Shown here piece after piece: positions 18,554-27,411 of a stretch of DNA of 32,000 nucleotides. The notes under the pieces are model-generated. The model ran no database searches. It saw only the letters and a program-made list of their open reading frames with translations, and was not told the DNA's origin. Numbering within the stretch: position 1 is the stretch's first letter; each line of letters starts with the position of its first letter. A program made the translations under genes and the position numbers. This DNA is from Candidatus Arthromitus sp. SFB-rat-Yit (lineage in GTDB: Bacteria; Bacillota; Clostridia; Clostridiales; Clostridiaceae): contig NC_016012.1 in the NCBI RefSeq assembly GCF_000283555.1, positions 60,001-92,000 of the forward strand, read 5' to 3'.

Positions 18554-18898
18554 TTGAATAAGATATTGTTGGTTGGACGACTTGTTAAAGATCCTGAGCA
18601 ACGAATTATTGAAGATTCTCAAAAAACTTTAATAAAGATAATTATAGCTGTAAATAGAGATTATAAAGAGCCTGATGGAGAAAGAAAAGCTGATTTTATA
18701 CCAGTTTCTTTTTGGGGCAAAAAGGGAGATATTATTCTTAAACATCTTCATAAAGGAGATCTTATAAGTGTAGGTGGAAGACTTAGAATGGGATCTTATG
18801 TGGATAAAGATGGTAATAAGAAATATATAAGTGATGTTGTTGCTGAAGATTTTAAGTTTGTAAGGAATCAACATAAAGTTGAAATGAATGTTCAGTAA
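18554..18898 (+). CDS. ssb: Single-stranded DNA-binding protein, short form without acidic C-terminal tail
   Basis: NKILLVGRLVKDPEQRI..., IIIAVNRDYKEPDGERKADFIPVSFWGKKGDIILKHLHKGDLISVGGRLRMGSYVDKDG. TTG start with GGAGG RBS; ends ...HKVEMNVQ. Confidence 0.92.
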   Translation: MNKILLVGRLVKDPEQRIIEDSQKTLIKIIIAVNRDYKEPDGERKADFIPVSFWGKKGDIILKHLHKGDLISVGGRLRMGSYVDKDGNKKYISDVVAEDFKFVRNQHKVEMNVQ

Positions 18899-18930
18899 GA
18901 ATATTAAACTTATTTTTAAATCTTGATATA

Positions 18931-18966
18931 AAAAGGGACTACTTTGTATGAAGTGGTCCCTTTTTA
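18931..18966. terminator. Strong hairpin terminator between convergent ssb and flavodiiron gene
   Basis: AAAAAGGGACTACT...AGTGGTCCCTTTTT (14-bp stem with one U-G pair), T-tract on both strands. Confidence 0.87.
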
Positions 18967-18975
18967 TTTAAAATA

Positions 18976-20190
18976 TTATTTATTTAGTGATGTGAGTAAT
19001 TTTTCTTTAAATTTACGTCCAAAATTTTGTGCATCTTTCAATTCTTTTTCGCATGGTTTAAAGTTTATTTTAAGTGAAGGAGTTAAAAGGTTCATTTTTA
19101 ATTCTTTAAGTCTAGATTCAGTATTAGGAATTCCTTCACCACTCCATCCATAGGAACCAAATACTGCTGCAATTTTACCACCATGAACTAATGGATTTAA
19201 ATGTGTTAATAAATCACGAATTGGCTCGAGCATATCTGAATTTATTGTTGGAGTACCAAATAATATACCGTCTGCTGAGTTTATTTCATCTAATAAATAA
19301 TTTTTGTCATGATTTATAACATCATAAATACTTAAGTCTATATCCCCATTTTCACATATGGATTTTGAAATTTCTTTAGCAAGTGTTTCTGTATACCCAT
19401 ATGCAGATACATAACATACAACAACTTTTGGTTTTTCATTTTTAGGTTGAGGAGTACTCCATTCCTTGTATAAAGATATTACTTTTTGTATATGTTTTCT
19501 TAAAACAGGTCCATGACCTGTACATACATAATTTATTTCTAGATCTTTAATTTTATCAAGTGCTTTAAGTACAAATGATTTAAATGGTCCAAATATGCAG
19601 TCATAGTAATATTTTAATGCATCCATATAATCTTCATAATTTTCAACTGAATCGTCAAAAATATTGTTTGTGCAATAATGAGCTCCGAATGAATCGCAAG
19701 TTATTAAAGTCTTTAATTCTTTAACATAAGTATATATAGTATCTGGCCAATGTAAAAATGGAGCAGATATAAATTCAAGAGTTTTATCCCCCAAAGATAT
19801 TGATGAATTTTGAGTTGCTTCTATGTATTTAAAATCTTTATTAGCAACTTTTTTTAGATATTTTATAGCAGTTGGTGAAGCTACTATACTAATATTTGGA
19901 CACAACTCTATCATTCTTTCAACAGATCCCGCGTGATCTGGCTCTGTGTGACTAACTACTAAATAATCTATTTTTTTCAGATCTATATTAGCTTCTTTTA
20001 ATCTTTCTATATATTGATCAAAAAATTGAGATTTTACAGTTTCAAAAACTGCTGTTTTTTCACTTCCTATAATTACATATGAATTATAAGTTGTACCATA
20101 AGGAGTATTCATTATTATGTCAAATACTCTAAGTTCTGGGTCTAGAGCACCTACCCATAATAAATCGTTTTGGATTTTATAACTTTTCAT
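18976..20190 (-). CDS. FprA-family A-type flavoprotein (flavodiiron protein; O2/NO reductase-like)
   Basis: VVSHTEPDHAGSVERMIE (HxExDH metal ligands), SAPFLHWPDTIYTY, TCDSFGAHY, flavodoxin domain YVSAYGYTETLA, FGTPT, GSYGWSGEG. Confidence 0.95.
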   Translation of the reverse strand: MKSYKIQNDLLWVGALDPELRVFDIIMNTPYGTTYNSYVIIGSEKTAVFETVKSQFFDQYIERLKEANIDLKKIDYLVVSHTEPDHAGSVERMIELCPNISIVASPTAIKYLKKVANKDFKYIEATQNSSISLGDKTLEFISAPFLHWPDTIYTYVKELKTLITCDSFGAHYCTNNIFDDSVENYEDYMDALKYYYDCIFGPFKSFVLKALDKIKDLEINYVCTGHGPVLRKHIQKVISLYKEWSTPQPKNEKPKVVVCYVSAYGYTETLAKEISKSICENGDIDLSIYDVINHDKNYLLDEINSADGILFGTPTINSDMLEPIRDLLTHLNPLVHGGKIAAVFGSYGWSGEGIPNTESRLKELKMNLLTPSLKINFKPCEKELKDAQNFGRKFKEKLLTSLNK

Positions 20191-20431
20191 ATTTAAATCC
20201 TTTCTTATTTTTTAATTGTGATTATATTTAATATTATAAATTTTAAATAATATTTTAGTCAAAATAATATTTTTTAAATAAGATATAAAAATGAAAAAAT
20301 AAATATAATATCGATAATTGTCGCATAAAATATTTATTTTTATATGAAAAATTTTGAAATAATGACAAATTACTAAAAAATATTGTGTTAAAATTTATTG
20401 TATTATATTATTTGTTAGGAAGGTATTAATT

Positions 20432-20782
20432 ATGAGAGTAATTGAGGTATTGAAAGGAAGAGAGTATAGTTTAAGTGAAATAATAGAGTATTATTATAAA
20501 GTAGTTGAAAGTGAAATTGTAATGGATATTGGAGATAAAATAGATTCTAAACTTGTATATGGAATACAAATAGATAAGGTTTTGATTAAAAAAGATGGAC
20601 AACAAGTAAGTGAGAGTGAAAAAGTTGAAATTATAAGTTGTAATTTGGAGTTTGTTAAAGAAATTTGCAGAACTTTACATAAACAATTAGTATCTCCATT
20701 CCATTTAATCGATGTTTTAGAAGATAATATAAGTTCTGTATTTAGAGAAAATTTTAAAATAAGATTTAAAGAAAAAGTTTAA
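20432..20782 (+). CDS. Uncharacterised 116-aa protein
   Basis: Full-length ORF with AGGAAGG RBS directly upstream of acpS; no domain recognised from sequence. Confidence 0.75.
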   Translation: MRVIEVLKGREYSLSEIIEYYYKVVESEIVMDIGDKIDSKLVYGIQIDKVLIKKDGQQVSESEKVEIISCNLEFVKEICRTLHKQLVSPFHLIDVLEDNISSVFRENFKIRFKEKV

Positions 20783-20803
20783 AGAGAGTTTTGGTGTAAG
20801 AAT

Positions 20804-21172
20804 TTGATAATAGGTATTGGATGCGATATTTTAGAAATATGTAGAGTAGAATCTCTTTTAGAGTATAAGGGATTTCTAAATAAGTATTTTACAGATAATG
20901 AAATATATATGTTTAATACTCAGAAGAATAAAAAAAAATATGTAAATAAGATAGCTTCTAACCTTTGTGTTAAAGAAGCATTTTTTAAATCTATATCATC
21001 ATCCCATAAACTAAAAAATTTTAAATTTAAAGATGTAGAAGTTTTAAGGTATGAAGATGGAAGACCGTATTTAAATTTATTAAATGGTCTAAAACAACTG
21101 AATAATAACGTGAGTATAACTATATCAAATGAAAGAGATTACGTAGTATCATTCATTATTTTAGAAAATTAA
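20804..21172 (+). CDS. acpS: Holo-[acyl-carrier-protein] synthase
   Basis: IIGIGCDILEICRVESLL..., FTDNEIYMF, NLCVKEAFFKSISS, SISNERDYVVSFIILE. Confidence 0.93.
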   Translation: MIIGIGCDILEICRVESLLEYKGFLNKYFTDNEIYMFNTQKNKKKYVNKIASNLCVKEAFFKSISSSHKLKNFKFKDVEVLRYEDGRPYLNLLNGLKQLNNNVSITISNERDYVVSFIILEN

Positions 21173-21254
21173 TTATAAAGAATATTAATAAGTAATAAAA
21201 AAAAATAGAGTGAATAAGTATTATCTATAAAATTTTAGAGAGGATGTACTTATT

Positions 21255-21863
21255 TTGAAAAAAATTATTGTATTTTTTATATTATTTCTGTTTATTGTAG
21301 TTTCTTGTAAAATTGAAAAAATAGAAAATCCTGAACAAGCCTTTGATTATGTTAAGGGAATTAAAAATTATGTTTCTGATGTAAGGATTACATTTAAAAA
21401 TGAGAGAAGCGAAGAAAGTGTGTTCTTAAGGCAGTATAGTTGTTCTAATGGAAGTTATAGATTGGACTTGGAAGAGGATCGTATATACATATATAAAGAT
21501 GATAAGATATTTGTGAAGGATCTAGAAAATAATAGGGAATATTTTTTAGACAAAAATTTTGATGAAGTGTATAAATATACTTTTCTAAATGAATATATAA
21601 AATTGATTTATTCAATGGATCAAGTAAAATATTTTAAGGAATCTTATGGAGAAGGGGATCAGATCAAGAGTTTTTACGGAGCTGAGGTCAATTTACCTAT
21701 AAACAATTTAAATATAAATTCTGCTGTTTTGTATTTGGATATGGAAAAGTGCTCCCCTATTAAACTTGAAATATTTGATATTAATAAAGAGGTTAGGATT
21801 TTAGTAGAGTATTTAACTTTTGAAACTTTAGAAGATATTGATTTACAGTTGTTTGAATATTAG
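21255..21863 (+). CDS. GerS-like sporulation/germination lipoprotein
   Basis: Lipobox (FIVVSC), LolA/GerS-like beta-rich body (VSDVRITFKNE...YRLDLEEDRIYIYKDDKIFVKDLENNREYFLDKNFDEVY), immediately upstream of alr as gerS is in C. difficile (gerS-alr2). Confidence 0.72.
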   Translation: MKKIIVFFILFLFIVVSCKIEKIENPEQAFDYVKGIKNYVSDVRITFKNERSEESVFLRQYSCSNGSYRLDLEEDRIYIYKDDKIFVKDLENNREYFLDKNFDEVYKYTFLNEYIKLIYSMDQVKYFKESYGEGDQIKSFYGAEVNLPINNLNINSAVLYLDMEKCSPIKLEIFDINKEVRILVEYLTFETLEDIDLQLFEY

Positions 21864-21885
21864 TTTATTGAGCTTAGGAGGAATT

Positions 21886-23034
21886 ATGAGATTTGATTAT
21901 AATGTTTATGCTGAAGTAAATTTGGATAATCTACTTGGAAATTTGAAATTCATTCAGGGTATGAATGAAGGGAAGAAAATTATGCCTGTTATTAAAGATG
22001 ATGCATATGGTCATGGAATTGTGGAAATTGCCAATAAACTTATTGAAAACGGAATTGAAATATTATGCGTTAGCAATATAAATGAAGGTGTTTTATTAAG
22101 AGAATGTGGTATTAAAGCACAGATTCTAGTATTTGGAATCACTCCTGTAAATTATATTATGGATTTAATAGAGAATGATCTAACTCAAACAATTTCTAGT
22201 ATTGAATATGCTGATATGATAATAGAACAATTATCAAGAATAAATAAGAGTTTAAAAGTACATATAAAGGTTGATACTGGAATGGGAAGAGTGGGATTAA
22301 TTGCAAGTGATGAAAATTTTAAAATTGTAAATAATATATTAAGTAATCCTTTGATTGATATCCAAGGTGTATACTCTCATTTATCGGATGCTGGATCTGA
22401 AGATAGAAATTATACCATTAATCAATATAAATTATTTAAAATGTTTTGTAATAATTTAGCTCAATTCAAACTAAATATTAAGTATAAACATATATGCAAT
22501 AGTGATGGAGGGTTAAATTATAAGTTTGATGATATTGAGTATATAAGACCAGGACTTCTATTATATGGCTATAGTAATAGTATGGGTAAAAATTATAAAA
22601 ACCTTAAACCTGTCATGAATCTAAAAGCTAAAATTGTACATATAAAGAAGGTTAATAAAGGTGAATATATAGGATATGGTAAGGCATATAAAGTTAATAA
22701 GGAAAGCTACATTGCTACTTTAAATGTAGGGTATGGTCACGGTTATCCTAGATATTTGTCTAATACAGGAAGAGTAATAATTAATAATGAGTTTGCTAAT
22801 ATTGTTGGTAATGTATGCATGGATCATTGTATGATCGATATTACAAATACTAGTGGTATTAGGTTGTTTGATGATGTTATATTGATAGGAGATAATGAAA
22901 GAAGAAAAATAGATGCACATGAAATAGCAGGGTATGGTAATACTATTTGCTATGAGGTGCTATGTGGCATACGTAGGAAAGTTCCTAGAGTTTACTTAGA
23001 AAATAATAAGATAAAATATATTAGAGAAGGGTAG
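21886..23034 (+). CDS. alr: Alanine racemase
   Basis: MPVIKDDAYGHG (PLP lysine region), IHIKVDTGMGRVG, YIRPGLLLYGY, NVCMDHCMID. AGGAGG RBS before ATG 21886. Confidence 0.96.
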   Translation: MRFDYNVYAEVNLDNLLGNLKFIQGMNEGKKIMPVIKDDAYGHGIVEIANKLIENGIEILCVSNINEGVLLRECGIKAQILVFGITPVNYIMDLIENDLTQTISSIEYADMIIEQLSRINKSLKVHIKVDTGMGRVGLIASDENFKIVNNILSNPLIDIQGVYSHLSDAGSEDRNYTINQYKLFKMFCNNLAQFKLNIKYKHICNSDGGLNYKFDDIEYIRPGLLLYGYSNSMGKNYKNLKPVMNLKAKIVHIKKVNKGEYIGYGKAYKVNKESYIATLNVGYGHGYPRYLSNTGRVIINNEFANIVGNVCMDHCMIDITNTSGIRLFDDVILIGDNERRKIDAHEIAGYGNTICYEVLCGIRRKVPRVYLENNKIKYIREG

Positions 23035-23167
23035 TATTAGAAATTTTATAATTGTAGATTTTTATAAAGTTGTAAAAAAATAGAATATATTATATAATCA
23101 GAGAAGTACGTAATTAGGTATATAATGAGCTATAATTGTAATTTATAATTATGGGGGTACTTCTAAA

Positions 23168-23455
23168 GTGAGTATATTTAAAAAACCATTCTCTAAGCCG
23201 CGATTGATTAACACTAAATTAAAACAAAAATGTAACATAAATTTAAGAAAAAGCATATTAATATTTATTAGAAACAGGAATTGGGAAACTGTAAGAAAAG
23301 GATATGAATATATGGGGGATATAAATATAGAATTATCTGAATGTGGATTTTTATCAGCTTTTGAAGAATTAGTTAAATATGAGATAAGGCTTTCGGAGAG
23401 TGATAGTTTAGATGACTACAATGGTAGTGAAAAGAGGGGACATATTTTATGCTGA
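23168..23455 (+). CDS. MazE/EndoAI-type antitoxin with divergent N-terminal DNA-binding region
   Basis: C-terminal [33 protein letters not shown] matches the layout of clostridial EndoAI antitoxins; immediately 5' of and overlapping a mazF-type toxin gene. GTG start. Confidence 0.68.
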   Translation: MSIFKKPFSKPRLINTKLKQKCNINLRKSILIFIRNRNWETVRKGYEYMGDINIELSECGFLSAFEELVKYEIRLSESDSLDDYNGSEKRGHILC

Positions 23456-23774
23456 CTTAAGTCCTGTTATAGGGTCTGAGCAGGGAGGAATACGACCCGT
23501 TATAATAATTCAAAATGATATAGGAAATAGGTATAGTCCTACTGTCATAGTTGGAGCAATAACTTCTCAGATTAATAAAGCTAAGTTACCTACTCATGTT
23601 GAAATATCATCTGAAGAATATGGCTTAAATAAAGATTCTGTGGTGTTGCTAGAACAGATAAGGACTTTAGATAAAAAAAGACTTAAAGAAAAAATAGGGC
23701 GTATGACTAAAAATGATATGAAGAAGGTAGATAAGGCCTTATTTGTAAGTTTGGGATTGGATTTTAAAATATAA
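23421..23774 (+). CDS. mazF: MazF/EndoA (PemK-family) endoribonuclease toxin
   Basis: [60 protein letters not shown]..., [20 protein letters not shown] at 23412 or 23421. Confidence 0.94.
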   Translation: MVVKRGDIFYADLSPVIGSEQGGIRPVIIIQNDIGNRYSPTVIVGAITSQINKAKLPTHVEISSEEYGLNKDSVVLLEQIRTLDKKRLKEKIGRMTKNDMKKVDKALFVSLGLDFKI

Positions 23775-23784
23775 ATTATAATAT

Positions 23785-23821
23785 ATTAATGGCATTTTTA
23801 AAATGCCATTAATGTTTTTTT
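23785..23821 (+). terminator. Rho-independent terminator after mazF
   Basis: ATTAATGGCATTTT-T-AAAATGCCATTAAT followed by GTTTTTTT. Confidence 0.87.
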
Positions 23822-23838
23822 GGAGAGAGATATATTTT

Positions 23839-26541
23839 ATGAAAAACATTAAAAAAATTCTGCTTGTATCTTTAGCAATATTATTTATTTTATGTTTTGG
23901 GAGTTATATAACTTATAGCAAAAGTTTTGTTAATACTGATTACATACACGAATTTAAACAAGATATAAATAATTTATTAGATAATAACCTAGATACTTAT
24001 TTTGTATTACCCGATTTTACCAATTATTTAGAGTTTAAATTAGAAAATCATAATGGTATAAAGGATATAGAATTAAATTTTGATAACACAAAATACGATT
24101 ATAAGTATAAAATATACTCGAGTAATGATGGATATACTTATGATGAAGTTAAGTTTGAGAAAGAAATTATAAACTCAACTCTTGAGATAGCCCATACTAA
24201 TATAATGGATGTTTTTATAAGACTTAGAATTTTGAGTAGCAACAGTAAGGATTATATACATATAAAAGATATAAGTTTTTTAGATGAAGATGGAAATAAG
24301 ATTAATAATGTAGAGATAAAAAAAGAAGAGCCGATTATAAATGAATATAAATTTCAAAAAAAAAATGTGTATTATAAAGATGTTATAAACGGACTTATAT
24401 CCAGAACTCTAGGAGAGGAATATGTTGAATTCTTTGATGTGTCATTTCTCCCAGATGATAGAGGTAATGATTATTTTGTCCTTTATACAGATAATGATAA
24501 AGTAATGCTTAAAGGGAATAATATAAATTCTATATGTGTTGCTCTTAATTATTATTTTGAACATTATTTAGAACAAACGTTTGAAAGATTTGGAGATTCT
24601 AAGATAAAGGCAATATTACCACTACCTAGAGTAGATAATAAAATAGAGAAAAATATAGATATGGAGTTTAGATATAATTATAATTATGTAGCTTATGGAT
24701 ATACAATGGCTTACTGGGATTTTAAGGATTGGGAAAGAGAAATTGATTGGATGTCTTTAAACGGATTTAATATGGCGTTAAATCTGGTTGGATATGAGGA
24801 AGTTGTGAGAAGGTTTTTAAGCGAATTTGGATTCAGTTTTTCAGAAATAGTAAATTATTTAACCTCTCCAATATATTTACCATGGCAATTTATGGGGAAT
24901 ATAAGTTCTATTGGAGGAGAGTTAACGCCTAAATGGTTTGAGGATAGAGCTAAACTTTCTATAGATATTCAAACAAGGATGATTGAATTTGGAATAGAAC
25001 CTATACACCAGATGTTTATAGGGTATTTTCCATATAAAGAGAATAGTGGAGTTAATGTTATAAGAGGATCGTATTGGAGTAAGATAAAGGGACCAGATAG
25101 ATTGGATTTTAATAATAATGATGTAGAATTTATTAGTAGTGTATATTATAAAAAACAAAAAGAATTATTTGGTGAATCTAAGTATTTTGCTGGTGATTTG
25201 TTTCATGAAGGGAATAATTTGTATGGATATGATCCTGTTGAATTATCAAATAAAGTTTTAAAACTTCTTATTGATAATAATGGAGAGAATTCTATATGGA
25301 TTATACAGTCATGGTCCCATAGTCCTTCTTCGGAAACCATAGAGAATCTTAATAGAAATAATACTTTGATATTAGATTTACATTCTCAATTAAATACTCG
25401 TTGGAAGGGAATTTCTAAATTTAACAATATGTCGTGGAAAGATAGAGAATTTGACAGATCGAATTGGATATTTGGAGTGTTGAATAACTTTGGAGGAAGA
25501 AGTGGGTTATATGGTCATACAAGGCATTTATTAAATCAATTTTATGATGCAAAATATAATTCAAATTATTTGAAAGGGGTAGCTCATACATCTGAAGGCA
25601 TTGGATTTAATAATTTTATTGATGAACTTGTAACTGAAATAATATTTTCAGATAAACTTGATATTGATGAATTTGTAAGTAGATATTTGAGAAATAGATA
25701 TGGAAAGAGTGATAATGATTTATTGAAAGCATTTAATATTTTATTAGATACGGTATATAATCCTGTAATAAATATTTATCATGAAGGAGCATCAGAATCA
25801 GTTATAAATGCTAGACCTTCGTTAGATGTTAAGAGTGCGTCTAAGTGGGGATCTATTCATAAAAATTATAACTCAGAGAAATTAGAGGAGGCACTTAGAA
25901 TTTATTTTTCAAAATATAATGAGTTTAAAGATAGTAAAGGATATATGACTGATTTAATTGATATAGCGAGTGAAGTTATAATTAATTTATCAAATGAGTA
26001 TTATAAAAATTTGCAAGATTATTACAACAATGGGGAAATTGAATTTTTTAAATTAAACTCTCAAAGATTTTTAAATATGATCTTATTACAAGCAAATATA
26101 TTGTATTATAATGAACGAAAAAGTCTTCAAAAATTAATTGATAAATTAGATGATTTAAACTATGATGACTATTTTGAGGATACATTAATAATTAATAAGA
26201 AAACAATATTAACTACGTGGTACGATAAACAGGTATCTGAAGATGACGGTCTTAGAGATTATGCAAATACTGATTTTTATGATATTGTAGGAACTTTATA
26301 TTATAATAGATGGAAAAGATTTTTTGATAACATACAAGAAAATGCAGTAAATGGATTTTATGATGATTATAGATTTGATATTAAATGGATAAATGATGAT
26401 GATTCTCTTAGATTTAGTAAGCCTGATAAATCCCTAAATAATCTGATAGAATTATTACTAGTTGAGATAAATATGCATAGAAATGATTTTTCATTTTTAG
26501 GAGATTTGATATATTCTATTAAAGATTTGGTGATAAATTGA
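23839..26541 (+). CDS. Secreted or membrane-anchored GH89 alpha-N-acetylglucosaminidase (NAGLU-like)
   Basis: N-terminal hydrophobic segment, discoidin-like region, then YNYVAYGYTMAYWDFKDWEREIDWMSLNGFNMALNLVGYEEVVRRFLSEFGFS...SPIYLPWQFMGNI, FFEEG-equivalent segment and WIIQSWSHSPS: GH89 architecture. The ORF-track start at 23803 lies in the upstream terminator; ATG 23839 has GGAGAGAG RBS. Confidence 0.92.
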   Translation: MKNIKKILLVSLAILFILCFGSYITYSKSFVNTDYIHEFKQDINNLLDNNLDTYFVLPDFTNYLEFKLENHNGIKDIELNFDNTKYDYKYKIYSSNDGYTYDEVKFEKEIINSTLEIAHTNIMDVFIRLRILSSNSKDYIHIKDISFLDEDGNKINNVEIKKEEPIINEYKFQKKNVYYKDVINGLISRTLGEEYVEFFDVSFLPDDRGNDYFVLYTDNDKVMLKGNNINSICVALNYYFEHYLEQTFERFGDSKIKAILPLPRVDNKIEKNIDMEFRYNYNYVAYGYTMAYWDFKDWEREIDWMSLNGFNMALNLVGYEEVVRRFLSEFGFSFSEIVNYLTSPIYLPWQFMGNISSIGGELTPKWFEDRAKLSIDIQTRMIEFGIEPIHQMFIGYFPYKENSGVNVIRGSYWSKIKGPDRLDFNNNDVEFISSVYYKKQKELFGESKYFAGDLFHEGNNLYGYDPVELSNKVLKLLIDNNGENSIWIIQSWSHSPSSETIENLNRNNTLILDLHSQLNTRWKGISKFNNMSWKDREFDRSNWIFGVLNNFGGRSGLYGHTRHLLNQFYDAKYNSNYLKGVAHTSEGIGFNNFIDELVTEIIFSDKLDIDEFVSRYLRNRYGKSDNDLLKAFNILLDTVYNPVINIYHEGASESVINARPSLDVKSASKWGSIHKNYNSEKLEEALRIYFSKYNEFKDSKGYMTDLIDIASEVIINLSNEYYKNLQDYYNNGEIEFFKLNSQRFLNMILLQANILYYNERKSLQKLIDKLDDLNYDDYFEDTLIINKKTILTTWYDKQVSEDDGLRDYANTDFYDIVGTLYYNRWKRFFDNIQENAVNGFYDDYRFDIKWINDDDSLRFSKPDKSLNNLIELLLVEINMHRNDFSFLGDLIYSIKDLVIN

Positions 26542-26564
26542 TTTTTAATATGTAAAAGGTAGAT

Positions 26565-26605
26565 GGGAAGCTAATATAAGGTTTTATATTATTGGCTTCC
26601 CTTTT
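26565..26605 (+). terminator. Rho-independent terminator after the GH89 gene
   Basis: GGGAAGC-T-AATATAA-GGTT-TTATATT-ATTG-GCTTCCC followed by TTTT. Confidence 0.8.
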
Positions 26606-26733
26606 ATTATTTTTGATTAAATATATTAATTTGAATGTGAAAATTTGAAATCTATTAGTATACAAATAAGGAAATGTAGTGTTAAAATTTATGTTATAAT
26701 GTAACTTATAACACAAACATAGGAGAATTTGTT

Positions 26734-27411
26734 ATGATTGATTTTATAAAAGTATCAAAAACATATGAAAAAAATGTAAAAGCTTTGATAGATGTTAGTG
26801 TATCTATAGAACAAGGTGAATTTGTTTTTTTAGTTGGATCAAGTGGAGCTGGTAAATCTACTTTTATAAAAATGATTTTAAGGGAGATAAAACCTACGAG
26901 TGGTAAGGTCATTATAAATAATAAGGATGTTGGTTTAATTAAAAGGAGGGATATACCTTATCATAGGAGAAGTATAGGTATGGTTTTTCAAGATTTTAAG
27001 TTAATATCTAATTTGAGTGTTTACGAGAATGTTGCTTTTGCTATGAGGGTTGTTGAATCTGATGAAAAAGAGATTAGAAAAAGGGTTCCTGTTGTTTTAA
27101 GTTTGGTTGGTCTTTCAGATAAATATAAAGTCTTTCCGCATGAATTATCTGGGGGGGAACAGCAGAGGGTATCTCTTGCAAGAGCAATGGTTAACAATCC
27201 GTCTATATTAATAGCAGATGAGCCTACAGGTAATTTAGATCCAGATACTTCTCTTGAAATAATGGCACTTCTTCAAGATATAAATAGAGGTGGCACTACA
27301 GTTCTTATGGCAACTCATGCTAAGGATATTGTAGATAGAATGAAAAGAAGGGTTGTTGCGATCGAAAGAGGAGTAGTTTTAAGAGATGAAAAGAGAGGGA
27401 AATACGAATAA
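26734..27411 (+). CDS. ftsE: Cell-division ATP-binding protein FtsE
   Basis: VGSSGAGKSTFIKMI, LSGGEQQRVSLARAMVNNPSILIADEPTGNLDPDTS, GMVFQDFKL. Confidence 0.96.
   Translation: MIDFIKVSKTYEKNVKALIDVSVSIEQGEFVFLVGSSGAGKSTFIKMILREIKPTSGKVIINNKDVGLIKRRDIPYHRRSIGMVFQDFKLISNLSVYENVAFAMRVVESDEKEIRKRVPVVLSLVGLSDKYKVFPHELSGGEQQRVSLARAMVNNPSILIADEPTGNLDPDTSLEIMALLQDINRGGTTVLMATHAKDIVDRMKRRVVAIERGVVLRDEKRGKYE

Noticed and set aside
18629-19153. ORFs 18629..18874 (-) and 18944..19153 (+)
   Set aside because: The first is antisense to ssb; the second begins in a terminator hairpin and is antisense to the flavodiiron gene.
22720-25158. Minus-strand ORFs 22720..22920 and 24922..25158
   Set aside because: Antisense shadows of alr and the GH89 gene.
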